Origin: Octopus vulgaris
Lineage: Eukaryota
Direction of reading: 5' to 3'
Length of the DNA: 64,000 bases
Assembly: GCA_951406725.2 (NCBI GenBank)
Contig: OX597836.1
Span: 11,656,001-11,720,000, forward strand
Of this stretch, positions 28,323 through 42,549 are shown piece by piece. Position 1 is the stretch's first letter. Each line of letters begins with the position of its first letter. The notes beneath the pieces were generated by a model that ran no database searches, had not been told where the DNA came from, and was given only the letters and a program-made list of their open reading frames with translations. Position numbers and translations under genes: made by a program.

Positions 28323-29039
28323 AAGAGTAACAGGGACTGAATCGATAAAGCACCGAACATCAGATGCTTCTCTTGTTATTATTCATGTTGTTAATTTTCA
28401 TTCTTCTTCTTCCTCATTTCTTTACTCACATTGTGGTCTTCATTTATCATTGAACTTGTTACATCTCGACTGGTTCTTCGTGTTCTCTTCATTTCTCATT
28501 CTTTTTCTTCCATTTTCTCTTCCTCTATTTTCCCTTCTTACACATCTGTCTCATCTTGTCATATTTCCCCTTCTTTTCCAGCCCTTTTTTCCTTATTTCT
28601 TTCTTTCTTTTCTTTCCCTTCCACCTCTAACTAACGTCTTAATTCAATCCCCCTCTCTTGTCATCTTTGTATTACCATCTTTCATCTCCGTTAGTTTTTC
28701 TTCTTTTAAATGCTAATGTTTTCAATTGTTAGGCCACTTCCTGTCCCACTGAATTTAGAAGAATGGATTTCACGAATATTACAGGCCCCTTCCTCTACAT
28801 TACGTTTCGGTCGGTGTATTTATCAATTGTTCTCAAATACCCTAGTTTTACACGTGGCATGAATTTCGTTAGCAGATTAAATATGTGATTAGGCTGGCGC
28901 AGGAAAAGATCGCAACGCAAGCCCTTTAAGCCAAGCCCACCGACAGGAGAATATAGGCAGATCGTGAGTGAGATGGTTATTTAATATCCATGGTTTCAGT
29001 TGATCACGCCTGGGAATCAAACAGAGAATTTGATAGTAT

Positions 29040-29122
29040 CTTTTGCGGGGACGTAAACACACCAGCATCGGTTGTCAAGCGATGTTGGGAGGACAAACAC
29101 AGACACACAAACATATACACAC

Positions 29123-29153
<31 letters not shown>

Positions 29154-29320
29154 TACGACAGGCTTCTTTCAGTTTCCGTCTACCAAATCCACTCACAAGG
29201 CTTTGGTTGGCCCGAGGCTATAGTAGAAGACACTTGCTCAAGGTGCCACGCAGTGGGACTGAACCCGGAACCATGTGGTTGGTAAGCAAGCTACTTACCA
29301 CACAGCCACTCCAACGCTTA
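29040..29320 (-). mobile_element. SINE family A, 5' two-thirds
   Basis: Colinear with the family. Confidence 0.88.
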
Positions 29321-29379
29321 TAGATAAAATGAATATAATATAATATAGATAAAGTGAATAGAAAATTATATGTGTTCAA

Positions 29380-29730
29380 TCAGAGGCGTTGCAGAAAGAT
29401 CTTAAAGGTCAATTTATAGGGCTATTCCACAAATTACTGGGTTCTGAGTTTCTGAGAAGGGCGAAGTCATCATCACGCCAAAAGATTGTAGCAGAGCGCT
29501 GTTTACGTTTGGCTAATTACATTCTCCGATAAACGGCATCCGAAAACAGCCATGACAGGGGTACCACGTGACGGTGGGCGTAAAAAGGATAGGCTGACAT
29601 ATGGATTGGTGGCGGGTATTTTCGAGGTGTCCTAAGGGCAATAAAAATCTATGCGTAACAGATGTATAAGAGTAGTAACCGATCGAACTCGGAGACGGAA
29701 GCTTGCTGCCCAATACACGGATCAGAGAAG
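29380..29730 (+). mobile_element. Highly decayed RTE-like LINE C-terminal fragment
   Basis: Translation KIVAERCLRLANYILR*...RHPKTAMTGVPRDGGRKKDR...DRTRRRKLAAQ resembles the RTE RRLRxAGH...W.P..GxRxRGRP...DR..WR pattern. Confidence 0.55.
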
Positions 29731-29769
29731 AACATAAAGCAAGTATGTGTGTGTGTGTGTGTGTGTGTA

Positions 29770-30198
29770 TACTCTTTACTCTTTACTCTTTTACTTGTTT
29801 CAGTCATTTGACTGCGGCCATGCTGGAGCACCGCCTTTAATCGAGCAACTCGACTCCGGGACTTATTCTTTTGTAAGCCCAGTACTTATTCTATCGGTCT
29901 CTCTCTTCTGCCGAACCGCTAAGTAACGGGGACATAAACACACCAGCATCGGTTGTCAAGCAATGCTAGGGGGACAAACACAGACACACAAACACATACA
30001 CACACATGTGTATATATACATATATACGACAGGCTTCTTTCAGTTTCCGTCTACCAAATCCACTCACAAGGCTTTGGTCGGCCCCCAGGCTATAGTAGAA
30101 GACACTTGCCCAAGGGTGCCAACGCAGATACCAGGACTGAACCCGGAACCATGTGGTTGGTAAACAAGCTACTTACCACACAGCCACTCCTGCGCCTA
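29770..30198 (-). mobile_element. SINE family A, full length
   Basis: Head cagccactcctgcgcct (rc) to tandem tactcttt tail. Confidence 0.92.
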
Positions 30199-30467
30199 CG
30201 TTGTTTTAAAATCATTGGATTTTATTCAATCGATTATAACCATCACAAGTAAAATAATTTTTTTTTTAATAAGAAGAAATTTGCTCTGATGTGCACTCGA
30301 AGAAATTGTATTTCATTAAGATAAAGATGATATATGTATTCTTTAAGTGGCTTATAGGAAAATATCGTTAGATTGTTATACTTAATACTCATAAAGATTA
30401 TCTCTGAAAATATGCAGTCGCAATCAATCTATTTGTCTGTCTTTTGTCTTATTTGTAACTGTTTTGC

Positions 30468-30537
<70 letters not shown>

Positions 30538-30944
30538 TTGCTTCTTTGCCTTCTCTCTCTCTCGTATTACTGATATTTTGATTAAAATGTCTACCAGTCA
30601 TTTTTCTGCTGATAATTTTGTTTCTACGCATGTAAATTCATTAAATAATCTCTAGCACTTATCTTTATCTATTTTTGGGGGGTTTTTTTTGTTGTTTTTC
30701 TATTTTTAATTTTTGTTATTGAACATAGAACTCTTAATATTGAATATCTATAGAAGACTGATTTTAATCTTTCCAAAAACAAAAAAAAAAAAAAAATCAA
30801 CGTCTACTTAAAAATATCTCTTAAACAAGACAGCAGTGTTCACTCGGTGTTTTCCGGTTTGAATAAATTTCTTATCTGAAGACAAGTATTTGATAAACGA
30901 AACTTCAGTTTGTTCCTGCGTTTTGTATATATATATATATATAT

Positions 30945-31210
<266 letters not shown>

Positions 31211-31959
31211 TGTATAATCATAGTCACATTCAACTATGAAGGATGAACACAGAAAACAGGCAAATTGACAGATATATATATATATATATATATGTATAGA
31301 GATATACATATACGTAGAGAGATATATAGAGATAGAACAGATAGAAAAAGATTGTATACATAAACATGTGTGTATATATATATATATATATATACACACA
31401 TGTATTCAACTGTGAAGGAGACAACTATTAAAAAGAAAACGTTAAAAGCTATATAGGTGTGAGTTTGAAATATAATATTTCGTTCTACCGATCTCTGTAC
31501 AATGACCTCCTTTGTGGAAACATTTATCTCCTCGCCAAAACTGTGAGATAAGTCTCAGAGACAGACAGATTCTACTTGGAAATTAATAGATGATGAATTC
31601 TTAAAGACGACGTATGTATTTTTGTTTTTCTTTAAAGAATAAAAAAATAAGGAAATGAAAAGAAACATTATGTCTATCTGTTTTGTAAAGTATAATTACT
31701 AATAAATAATATTATGTAATGTGTTGTTATTATTATTATTTTCTTTTTTTGAAATTTGATACGGTTTTAGATATAGCCATCTTGAATTTTAAGATTGATG
31801 GATTGGAAACAGTTAAAATAATTGTTTTTGTTTTGGCCCCGGTGGAACAAATTTATCGATGTTCTTTTATCTTTTAATTGCTTCAGATATTCAACTGCGG
31901 CCATGCTGTAGCACCGCTTTGAAGAGTTTAGTCGAACAAATTAACACTAGTACATTTCA

Positions 31960-32650
31960 GTAGCAGTTTAGTACTGAGGTCGATATAATCTAGCCTCTCC
32001 CCCCAGGCCTACCCCACCAAAAAAAAATTTGGTGGCCTTGTATCAAAATTTGAAGTAATTGTTATGAAGGCAGTGATCTGCTAGCAGACTCATTAGCGTG
32101 ATGGGTAAAATGCTCAGCGGTATTTCGTCTGCCGTTAGATTCTGAGTTCAAATTCCACTGAGGTCGACTTTGCCTTTCATCTTTACGGGGTCGATAAATT
32201 AAGTACCAGTTACGCACTGGGGTCGATATAATCGACTTAATCCGTGTGTCTGTCCTTGTTTGTCCTCTCTGTGTTTAGCCCCTTGTGGGTAGTAAAGAAA
32301 TAGGTGTTTCTTACATTCTAGTTTCGAATTCCGCCGAGGTCGACTTTACCTTTCATCCTTTCGGTGTCGATAAAAGAAACTACCGATCAAGCTCTGAGAT
32401 CGATGTACTCAACCAAATCTTCCCATCAAATGAACTGGAAAAATTGCTGGCGCGTCGGACAAAGTGTTTAGCGCCGTTTCTTCTGGCTTTTTACGTCCTG
32501 AGTTCAAATCTTGTTCAGGTCAACTTGGCTTTTCCTCTTGTTGGGAGTTGATATATAAATTAAGTATCAGTCAAGTAGTAGTGTCGCTGTAATCGATTTC
32601 TCTCTTTTTCTCAACTCAAATTGCTGGCTTTGTACCAAAGTTAGAAAGAA
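31960..32650 (+). mobile_element. Cluster of family C SINE units
   Basis: Several repeats of gagttcaaattcc...gaggtcgacttt(g/a)cctttcatc core. Confidence 0.82.
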
Positions 32651-33019
32651 ACATTAGAAAACCTATAAATGAAAATATTGATGTAATGGAACAATAAGAG
32701 AAACAACGCTATTGTCAGTAACAAGAGCGTACACACTCACTAACAATTGAAAATATTAACGTTTCGTTTTCTAATACTGCGAACAAAAGTTATTAAAACT
32801 GGCTGACCGCGCTAGCAAAGATAAGGTCATAATGGGCGATTTGTGTGTCAAAAGAGGGTACTTATCTCCCTGATTATGTCATTTACAAAAATGAGAAATA
32901 AAAAGCAAATTTTCTGCACCAACGAGGCAGCAGTTATAGGTGGTACTAACCGAGTTGGAAGAATGTTGTTAGGTTGATATACGGATCATTTTGTATAGTT
33001 TTATATCCGGATTATGTAC

Positions 33020-33354
33020 AAGGCATAGGAGTGGCTGTGTGGTAAGTAGCTTGCTTACGAACCATTTGGTTCCGGGTTCAGTCGGAATTTGAACTCAGAA
33101 CGTAGCGGCAGACGAAATACCTATTTCTTTACTACCCACGAGGGGTTAAACACAGAGAGGACAAACAAGGACAGACAAACGGATTAAGTCGATTATATCG
33201 ACCCCAGTGCGTAACTGGTACTTCATTCATCGACCCCGAAAGGATGAAAGGCAAAGTCGACCTCGGCGGAATTTGAACTCAGAACGTCGTGGCAGACGAA
33301 ATACCGCTAAGCATTTCGTCCGGCGTGCTAACGATTCTGCCAGCTCGCCGCCTT
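33020..33354. mobile_element. Family A head (+, 33020-33082) joined to family C tandem unit (-, 33083-33354)
   Basis: aggcataggagtggctgtgtggtaag...gggttcagtc then ggaatttgaactcagaacg...ctcgccgcctt. Confidence 0.85.
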
Positions 33355-34389
33355 ACAAACAACTATATTCCACCGCCAACCCCTACTATCTCTTCTATGC
33401 TTAATAATGGCTCTGCAACCCTGGTCCCCTCTAACACACCGACGTCATAACACATATCTCCGACTTAATATTACACCATCGTAACCTCATTGTGGCTTAA
33501 TCTGCATTACTAATCGTCAATTCTAATTCCACTGGGGGAAAAAAAAAAGGATTAACTCGCTCGTAGCGGTCCATCGAGTCTCTGAAGATTGTATATTAAC
33601 AACTTTGGATGTAGGGGATTTAGGTGGGTCGCAGCGGCTAATTAGCTAAAGCTTCGGTTTCCATAGCAATTTCAGGTGGCTATTACTTGAAATAGCCAAT
33701 CAAATAAAGTTTACGTGTTGTACAATTCCCAGTTGTATATTGAAAGTGAACTAACTTCTCTGTTGAGTAGCTTTCAATGATTTGAAGTTCCCGGAAGCAT
33801 TCTTTTGGAAATATATAATGCAATAATTGTGCTAATTCTGTCTTTCTTTCTCTCTCATTCTCTCTCAGTTTCATATGTATGTCCGTGTAAGTGTGTGTGT
33901 GTTTGTAATGTATGCTACATTACAGGGACGTATACACACCAATATCAGTTGCTAAGTAAGTGCTACAGACAGACTATAGTTAAGCTCCAGGTTCGATGAT
34001 TGTATAAATGAGGAGTCCAACGTAGGTCATGTATCAGCATGTGTATATATATAAAACATTTTCAGAATGAGATAAAAATTCAAGGCTTTCTCTTTACTCT
34101 TTTACTTGTTTCAGCCATGTGAGTGTGGCCATGCTGGAGCACCGCCTTTAGTTGAAGAAAAACGACTACAGGACTTATTCTTTGTAAGCCTAGTACTTAT
34201 TCCATCGGTCTCATTTCTCGCCGTTTTAGAGTTAAAGGTATTTGTATGAAGTTATGTCTAATTAACCGCGTTGAGGATGTTGCGATGATTTTATACTTTC
34301 TCGTTCTGTCGTCGTCTGAGAGAGATACGATTCTCTCGGGGTTTGATGGAACTTGCAAGCTGGATGATGTGGCGGAAGACAGACTGCAT

Positions 34390-34438
34390 ATATGTGTATA
34401 TATGTGTGTGTAGGTGTGTGCACATATGTATGTGCGTA

Positions 34439-34471
<33 letters not shown>

Positions 34472-35020
34472 GTATATACATATACATATATATATACCTG
34501 TGAGTATGAGTGTGTATGTATGCATGTATGTCTGTCTGTATATATGTATGTAGATATGTGCGTGAGTATGTATATATGTATGTATATATATGAGTGTGTA
34601 TGTGTGCGTGTGTATGTATTTATGTATATATGTGTATATATGAATATATATATGTGTGTGTCTGTGTATGTATGTATATATATGAGTGTGTACGTGTGCG
34701 TGTGTATGTATTTATGTATATATGTGTATATATGAATATATATATATGTGTGTGTGTATGTGTGTGCGTGTGTTTATATTTATGTGTGTGTCTGTTTATG
34801 TATATATATATATGAGTGTGTACGTGTGCGTGTGTATGTATTTATGTATATATGTATATATATGAATATATATATATATGTGTGTGTGTATGTGTGTGCG
34901 TGTGTTTATATTTGTGTGTGTGTCTGTGTATGTATGTATATATATGAGTGTGTACGTGTGCGTCTGTATGTATATATGTATCTGTGTGTATGTATATATG
35001 TGTGTCTGTATGTATACTTG
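34390..35020. repeat. TA/TG compound tract with higher-order duplication
   Basis: tatatgagtgtgtacgtgtgcgtgtgtatgtatttatgtatat block recurs about four times. Confidence 0.88.
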
Positions 35021-35490
35021 TAATGTATGTACATCTTAGAATATAATATACGAAACATAAAGTGATGCTCTCCGGACAACAACTTTCCTTTTAAAGATCC
35101 AACGACATCAGTGAGGAAAGGGAGGGTGGGGGGGAGATGGTGTTGAGCTGAATAAGCGTTAAATCTCATAGAAGTTCAGGAAACAATGTGGGTGGAGGTA
35201 AAATCTGTGGCGGAAATGAAAGTGTTGTGCGTCAACTTATGCAAGAAACATAGATACCTATATTCACATATATATTGATCTCTTAGCATATTATCCCGTA
35301 TATTTTCGTTCAGAGATGTCTAGTAAATATATAATTGAACGAATATATACGGTTCACTGTAATCTATCACTTATTTCTAACCCAAAATACTTTGTTCATG
35401 ATGTTATTCCTGTTTTCTAATATTAACTATCAGTAACTAGAATTTCTATCGGTAACTTCATAATAAATCATGAACTGATCCAAAGTAATT

Positions 35491-35712
35491 TACTCTTTAC
35501 TCTTTTACTTGTTTCAGTCATTTGACTGCGGCCATGCTGGACCACCGCCTTTAGTCGAGCAAATCGACCCCGGGACTTATTCCTTTGTAAGCCCAGTACT
35601 TATTCTATCGGTCTCTTTTGCCGAACCGCTAAGTAACGGGGACGTAAACACACCAGCATCGGTTGTCAAGCAACGCTAGGGGGACAAACACAGACACACA
35701 AACACACACATT

Positions 35713-35760
<48 letters not shown>

Positions 35761-35907
35761 TACGACAGGCTTCTTTCAGTTTCCATCTACCAAATCCACT
35801 CACAAGGCATTGGTCGGTCCGGGGCTATAGCAGAAGACACTTGCCCAAGATGCCACGCAGTGGGACTGAACCATGGGTTGGTATATACCACAGCCACTTC
35901 TGCGCCT
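35491..35907 (-). mobile_element. SINE family A, near full length
   Basis: Colinear with the family. Confidence 0.92.
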
Positions 35908-36226
35908 TATTGTGTAATTGTTCTTCATTATTTACAGATTCAAAATAAATAATTAAAATTTTTCTTTCTTTTTTTTACATAGAAATTGAAAAGAAAATTG
36001 TGCACATTAAGAGGTTTAAATGCGTGACGGAATAAAAAAGGCATGTTATTTTTGTTGGAGATTGTAGTCTGGTTAAGTTACGCAAATACCTTTCTGTGAC
36101 GACGCTTTAAGGAGAATGGCGGGTAAAATGAATCCCGTTAGGAATAGCTTTAAGAATAGAAAGGGAGGCAACGAAAAGTTTCTTATATTAACAATAGTAA
36201 CAAACACATTCACTCGCTTTCTCTGT

Positions 36227-36257
<31 letters not shown>

Positions 36258-36300
36258 AATCTCCTCTCTCTCTCTATATATATATATATGTGTGTGTGTG

Positions 36301-36337
<37 letters not shown>

Positions 36338-36340
<3 letters not shown>

Positions 36341-36732
36341 CACAGGAGTGGATGTGTGGTAAGTAGCTTGCTTACCAGTCACATGGTTTCGGGTTCAGTC
36401 CCACTGTGTAGCACCTTGGGCAAGTGTCTTCTACTATAGCTTCGGGCCGACCAAAGCCTTGTGAGTGGATTTGGTAGACGGAAACTGAAAGAAGCCTGTC
36501 ATATATATGCATATATATATGTGTGTGTGTGTATGTTTGTGTTTTTGTGTTTGGCCCCCGACATCACTTGACAACCGATGGTGGTGTGTTTAAGTCCCCG
36601 CCAAAAGAGACCGATAGAATAAGTGAATAAGTACTCGGCTTACAAAGAATAAGTGCTAGGGTCGATTTCTTCGACAAAAGGTGGTGCTCCAGCATGGCTG
36701 CAGTCAAATGACTGAAACAAGTAAAAGAGAGT
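36338..36732 (+). mobile_element. SINE family A, near full length
   Basis: Colinear with the family. Confidence 0.9.
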
Positions 36733-36738
36733 GCATAC

Positions 36739-36794
<56 letters not shown>

Positions 36795-36919
36795 GAAAGA
36801 ATGGAGTCGAATGATTTCTGCCCTTGGCATGTAGCTTCAACCGTGCTTTCTGACGTAAATTTGCTACCCGGGTATCGGTTAACCGAATTATCCATACTAG
36901 GATAATTTATTCAACTACT

Positions 36920-37068
<149 letters not shown>

Positions 37069-37177
37069 AAACACGTGTGCACACTATATTAGTTGCACTA
37101 TCTTACACATACATGTGTGCATGCCTGCACGAACGCACACTTGCATGCATACGTATTTGCACATACGCACTTACACA

Positions 37178-37215
<38 letters not shown>

Positions 37216-37280
37216 AACACACACAAACACACTTTCTCATTCACACATACCTACACGCACACACAATTTGTTTCCTTCGT

Positions 37281-37664
37281 GGAGGCGCAATGGCCCAGTG
37301 GTTAGGGCAGCGGACTCGCGGTCATATGATCGCGGTTTCGATTCCCAGACCGGGCGTTGTGAGTGTTTATTGAGCGAAAACACCTAAAAGCTCCACGAGG
37401 CTCCGGCAGGGGATGGTGGTGATCCCTGCTGTACTCTTTCACCACAACTTTCTCTCACTCTTACTTCCTGTTTCTGTTGTACCTGTATTTCAAAGGGCCG
37501 GCCTTGTCACTCTCTGTGTCACGCTGAATCTCCCCGAGAACTACGTTAAGGGTGCACGTGTCTGTGGAGTGCTCAGCCACTTACACGTTAATTTCACGAG
37601 CAGGCTGTTCCGTTGATCGGATCAACCGGAACCCTCGTCGTCGTAACCGACGGAGTCCTTCCAT
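37281..37664 (+). mobile_element. SINE family B, full length with TSD
   Basis: ttgtttccttc occurs just before and just after the element. Confidence 0.93.
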
Positions 37665-38007
37665 TGTTTCCTTCACATTCACTGATACTTCTCTCTCTTT
37701 CTCTCTTTCTCCGTCTCTATCTTTCTTTCCCCCCCTCTCTCTCTCTTTTAATCTCTCTTACTCTTTCTCGCACGCACTTTCACATATACACATAGTATAT
37801 ACGTGTTATAGCTTTTGTAGTCACAAACATTAAATCTGGTTATTTATATATCTATATCTCAGAAATTTATAAATAAACGCTTACCAGGCATCTTCGTAGG
37901 TATTAATACCCACTCGCAATACTGGAAAAACACCGGGTGGAGGTTTAATTCTACCTGTGTATGTGTGTAAGTATGAGTTTCTGTACGCATGTGCGCGTAT
38001 AGCTCTG

Positions 38008-38393
38008 TGGAAGCACTCCGTCGGTTACGACGATGAGGGGTCCGGTTGTTCCGAATCAACGGAACAGCCTGCTCGTGAAATTAACGTGTAAGTGGCTGAG
38101 CACTCCACAGACACGTGCACCCTTAACGTAGTTCTCGGGGATATTCAGCGTGACACCGAGAGTGACAAGGCCGGTCCCTTGAAATACAGGTACAACAGAA
38201 ACAGGAAGTAAGAGTGAGAGAAAGTTGTGGTGAAAGAGTACAGCAGGGATCACCACCATCCCCTGCCGGAGCCTCGTGGAACTTCTAAGTGTTTTCGCTC
38301 AATAAACACTCACAACGCACGGTCTGGGAATCGAAACCGCGATCCTATGACCGCGAGTCCGCTGCCCTAACCACTGGGCCATTGCGACTCCAC
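38008..38393 (-). mobile_element. SINE family B, full length
   Basis: Reverse complement of 37281-37664; atagctc on both flanks. Confidence 0.93.
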
Positions 38394-38568
38394 GCATAGC
38401 TCAGTTACGATGAGTAAAATGGCATTAGAAAATTCATTCTATCGGTACATCATACACTTAAATATATCTTTTCCGGGCACAGCACGTTTTACCAGCAACC
38501 ACAGCATAAATACATACCTAACAACAAAAAAGCTCTCACAACTATATCTATATACACGCAGCGTAGAT

Positions 38569-39248
38569 GGAGGCGCAATGGCCCAGTGGTTAGGGCAGCG
38601 GACTCGCGGTCATGGGATCGTGGTTTCGATTCCCAGACCGGGCGTTATGAGTGTTTATTGAGCGAAAACACCTAAAAGTTCCACGAGGCTCCGGCAGGGG
38701 ATTGTGGTGATCCCTGCTGTACTCTTTCACCACAACTTTCTCTTACTTCCTGTTTCTGTTGTACCTGTATTTCAAGGGGCCGGCCTTGTCACATTCTGTG
38801 TGTCACGCTGAATATCCCCGAGAACTACGTTAAGGGTGCACGTGTCTGTGGAGTGCTCAGCCACTTACACGTTAATTTCACGAGCAGGCTGTTCCGTTGA
38901 TTCGGATCAACCGGAACCCTCATCGTCGTAACCGACGGAGTGCTTCCATTATTGAGCGAAAACACCTAAAAGCTCCACGAGGCTTCGGCAGGGAATGGTG
39001 GTGATCCCTGCTGTACTCTTTCACCACAACTTTCTCTCACTCTTACTTCCTGTTTTTGTTGTACCTGTATTTCAAAGGGGCCGGCCTTGTCACTCTCTGT
39101 GTCACGCTGAATATCCCCGAGAACTACGTTAAGGGTGCACGTGTCTGTGGAGTGCTCAGCCACTTACACGTTAATTTCACGAGAGGGCTGTTCCGTTGAT
39201 TCGGATCAACCGGAACCCTCATCGTCGTAACCGACGGAGTGCTTCCAT
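38569..39248 (+). mobile_element. SINE family B full copy plus head-less tandem second copy
   Basis: Second unit restarts at ttattgagcgaaaacacc (about 38949); atacacgcagc flanks the whole dimer. Confidence 0.92.
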
Positions 39249-39279
39249 CATACACGCAGCTGCATGACTTTATATATAA

Positions 39280-39331
<52 letters not shown>

Positions 39332-39332
39332 C

Positions 39333-39553
39333 TGCATGTATGCTGAAAATCCTTGGGTTTAAGGGTGCTGCGAAAGGCGTCGACTGAGGCCAAGCATTCC
39401 GAGTTCTTTACAGGGCTTATAAAAACTGAAGGACCGCTGTAATAAGTGTGTGAATCTGAGAGGAGGGGAATATGTTGAATAAAATCATAATTACAGTGAT
39501 CCTCCTCTATTTTCGTTTACCCCAAGCCAGGAACATTTCAGTACCCCTTTGTA
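39333..39553 (+). mobile_element. Mariner-derived MITE, about 220 bp
   Basis: TIR-like tgctgaaaatccttggg / agccaggaacatttcagtacccct; keeps aataagtgtgtgaatctgaga...gaatatgttgaataa (KCVNLR..EYVE*, mariner C-terminus); second copy at 61549-61767. Confidence 0.8.
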
Positions 39554-39568
39554 TATACATATATAAAT

Positions 39569-39608
<40 letters not shown>

Positions 39609-39819
39609 AAAAAATGAAGTTCGAAAATGCTGCTGTATTATACAATTTTTAATTTTTATATATACATTATAACATGTTTCAGTTCCTGAAATGAACCTTA
39701 TCAAAAAAAGTTATATATAAAAAAAGACAGCTCATGCCGTCAAACACAAGAAATTCATTTATAATACACAACGGAGTCAGACATCTTAGAGTTCATGTAT
39801 ATATAGATATATGTGTGTG

Positions 39820-40024
39820 TGTGTTTGTGTGTCTGTGTTTGTCCCCCTAGCATTGCTTGACAACCGATGCTGGTGTGTTTATGTCCCCGTCACTTAGCGG
39901 TTTGGCAAAAGAGACCGATATAATAAGTACTGGGCTTACAAAGAATAAGTCCTGGGGTCGATTTGCTCGACTAAAGGCGGTGCTCCAGCATGGCCGCAGT
40001 CAAAAGAGTAAAAAGAGTAAAAGA

Positions 40025-40027
<3 letters not shown>
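39820..40027 (+). mobile_element. SINE family A 3' half
   Basis: Colinear with the family. Confidence 0.9.
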
Positions 40028-40074
<47 letters not shown>

Positions 40075-40660
40075 AATCTCTGAACGAGGTATAAACAGTA
40101 GCTGCACGAAATCGTGAAGTATATTTGCCATTTAAATATGGCTAACCCTTAAGGGTGGATGCTACTGTAGCTTGTAACCCCAGGAGGACACCTCCTCCAG
40201 CTGACTATTGACACACTTTCTGTGCCCTATCGGTGTTTGCAAAGGAAAGCCGTCCTTCCCATCTACCAGCCTGACATGATTCACACGGACCCGAGTTTCT
40301 GGGTATTGAAATTGATGGATGAGCGTTTGGCAAACGAGATTCCCAAGGAGCCATGAAAGCGTCGATTTGTGAGTTCGAGTCAGCCTGAGGTTAGCTCATC
40401 ATATTTTGGTCATTTGTTTATATTTAAATATTGTCGCTTGAAATCGGAGAATAAATATAATTATGATATATATTATATATATAGTTATTGTACTATGATC
40501 CTTCCATAGTAGCTTTCTCTCTGTAACTCGCAAATCCTTTCGTGTTTGTTTCTGAAAAAAAAACATTGTGCACGTTAAGAGGTTAAAATGCGTGTATGTA
40601 TGTATGGATGGATGTATATGTATACATCCATACTGACACAGAAAGCCCTAAATAATTATA

Positions 40661-41045
40661 GGAGCACTCCGTCGGTTGGGACGATGAGGGTCCCAGCTGA
40701 TACGATCAACGGAACAGCTTGCTCGTGATATTAACGTGCAAGTGGCTGAGCACTCCACAGACACGTGTACCCTTAACGTAGTACTCGAGGAGATTCAGCG
40801 TGACACACAGAATATGACAAGGCTGGCCCTTTGAAATACAGGTACAAGAGAAACAGGAAGAAAGAGCGAGAGAAAGTTGTGGTGAAAGAGTACAGCAGGG
40901 TTCACCACCACCCCCTGCCGGAGCCTCGTGGAGCTTTTAAGTGTTTTCGCTCAATAAAAACTCACAATGCCCGGTCTGGGAATCGAAACCGCGATCCTCC
41001 GACCGCGAGTCCGCTGCCCTAACCACTGGGCCATTGCGCCTCCAC
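40661..41045 (-). mobile_element. SINE family B, somewhat older copy
   Basis: Reverse complement of family B; ctaaataatta / ctaaacaatta flanks. Confidence 0.9.
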
Positions 41046-41446
41046 TCTAAACAATTACACGATACTCAGACAGACACACACACAAACACACATACACATA
41101 CATAAGTAAAAACATGTTCAACAGTCTGACGATAAATAAAAAAAATTCCTCTGGAATGATAAATCACAGCAAAGATATCCTATCACACATCGACAAGGAT
41201 AAGGGACAGTGTGTGCTGAAAAGTAAGGGTTTCCGTTAGAATTTGCCAAGTTCTGGTATTTCCTTTCTGTTTGGATCAGCAATTTCCTGCCTTCATTTTC
41301 TGATAAACACTAACACGCATACGCATACAAGACAATATGTATTAAGCGTAGATGATACATGCATTCGGTCATATAAATACACTCGCTGACACACGGACAC
41401 ACACACACACTCACACACAACACACACACATACATATAACTCTATT

Positions 41447-41518
<72 letters not shown>

Positions 41519-41519
41519 C

Positions 41520-41802
41520 ACATTTATAGATGTACGTAGATATATATATATATGTATATACATACATATATACACATATTTAGATATATGTATGTACATA
41601 TTTATGTGTGAGCATATGTGTATGCGTATATGTTGTGTAAGTGAATGTGTGTATACACACGCACACACACACATATATATAGATTCATATAGATACAGAC
41701 ATACATATAAGTATATATATATATATATATATACATATAACTCTCTCTCTCTCTCACTATATATATATATATACACACACACACATTTATAGATGTACGT
41801 AC

Positions 41803-41850
<48 letters not shown>

Positions 41851-41947
41851 ATACATACATATATACACATATTTAGATACATGTATGTACATATTTATGT
41901 GTGAGCATATGTTTATACGTATATTTTGTGTAAGTGAATGTGTGTAT

Positions 41948-41960
<13 letters not shown>
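41520..41960. repeat. About 265-bp-period duplication within a TA/CA tract
   Basis: catttatagatgtacgta...tatttatgtgtgagcatatg...tgtaagtgaatgtgtgtatacacac occurs twice. Confidence 0.85.
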
Positions 41961-41978
<18 letters not shown>

Positions 41979-42457
41979 TGTATCAGATAAAAACGGATTT
42001 ATAAATCCAATCTGTAACCTCAGTCAACACTCGGGCGAACAGCAGCTAAGAATCTATAGAAGTGGATAGTCTACTTTCAAGAAAACCGTCCATACAAACT
42101 GAAATCTCGGCGATAATTTATTAGTTGCAGATCATAAGATAGAAAGTCTGTGAATGGCGGCGATGTCATGACACTTATTCTTTTGTTACGATCGTTTCAA
42201 CAATACATGGTACACTTTTATGGACAATACACGGTTCATTTCCATAACTGCGTCCATATTACATAACTGCAATGAAGGAATAATTTACTAACCATAACTT
42301 TCATTCTTGGGCTCATCATATATGTATATATGTATGTGTGTGTGTATACGTGTGTATACGTGTGTGTGTATGTGTGTGTAGGCGCAAGTGCGGCCGAGTG
42401 GTTAGAAGTAAAAAGAAGTATACACACAAACAACACACTCACACAAACACACACACA

Positions 42458-42548
<91 letters not shown>

Positions 42549-42549
42549 T

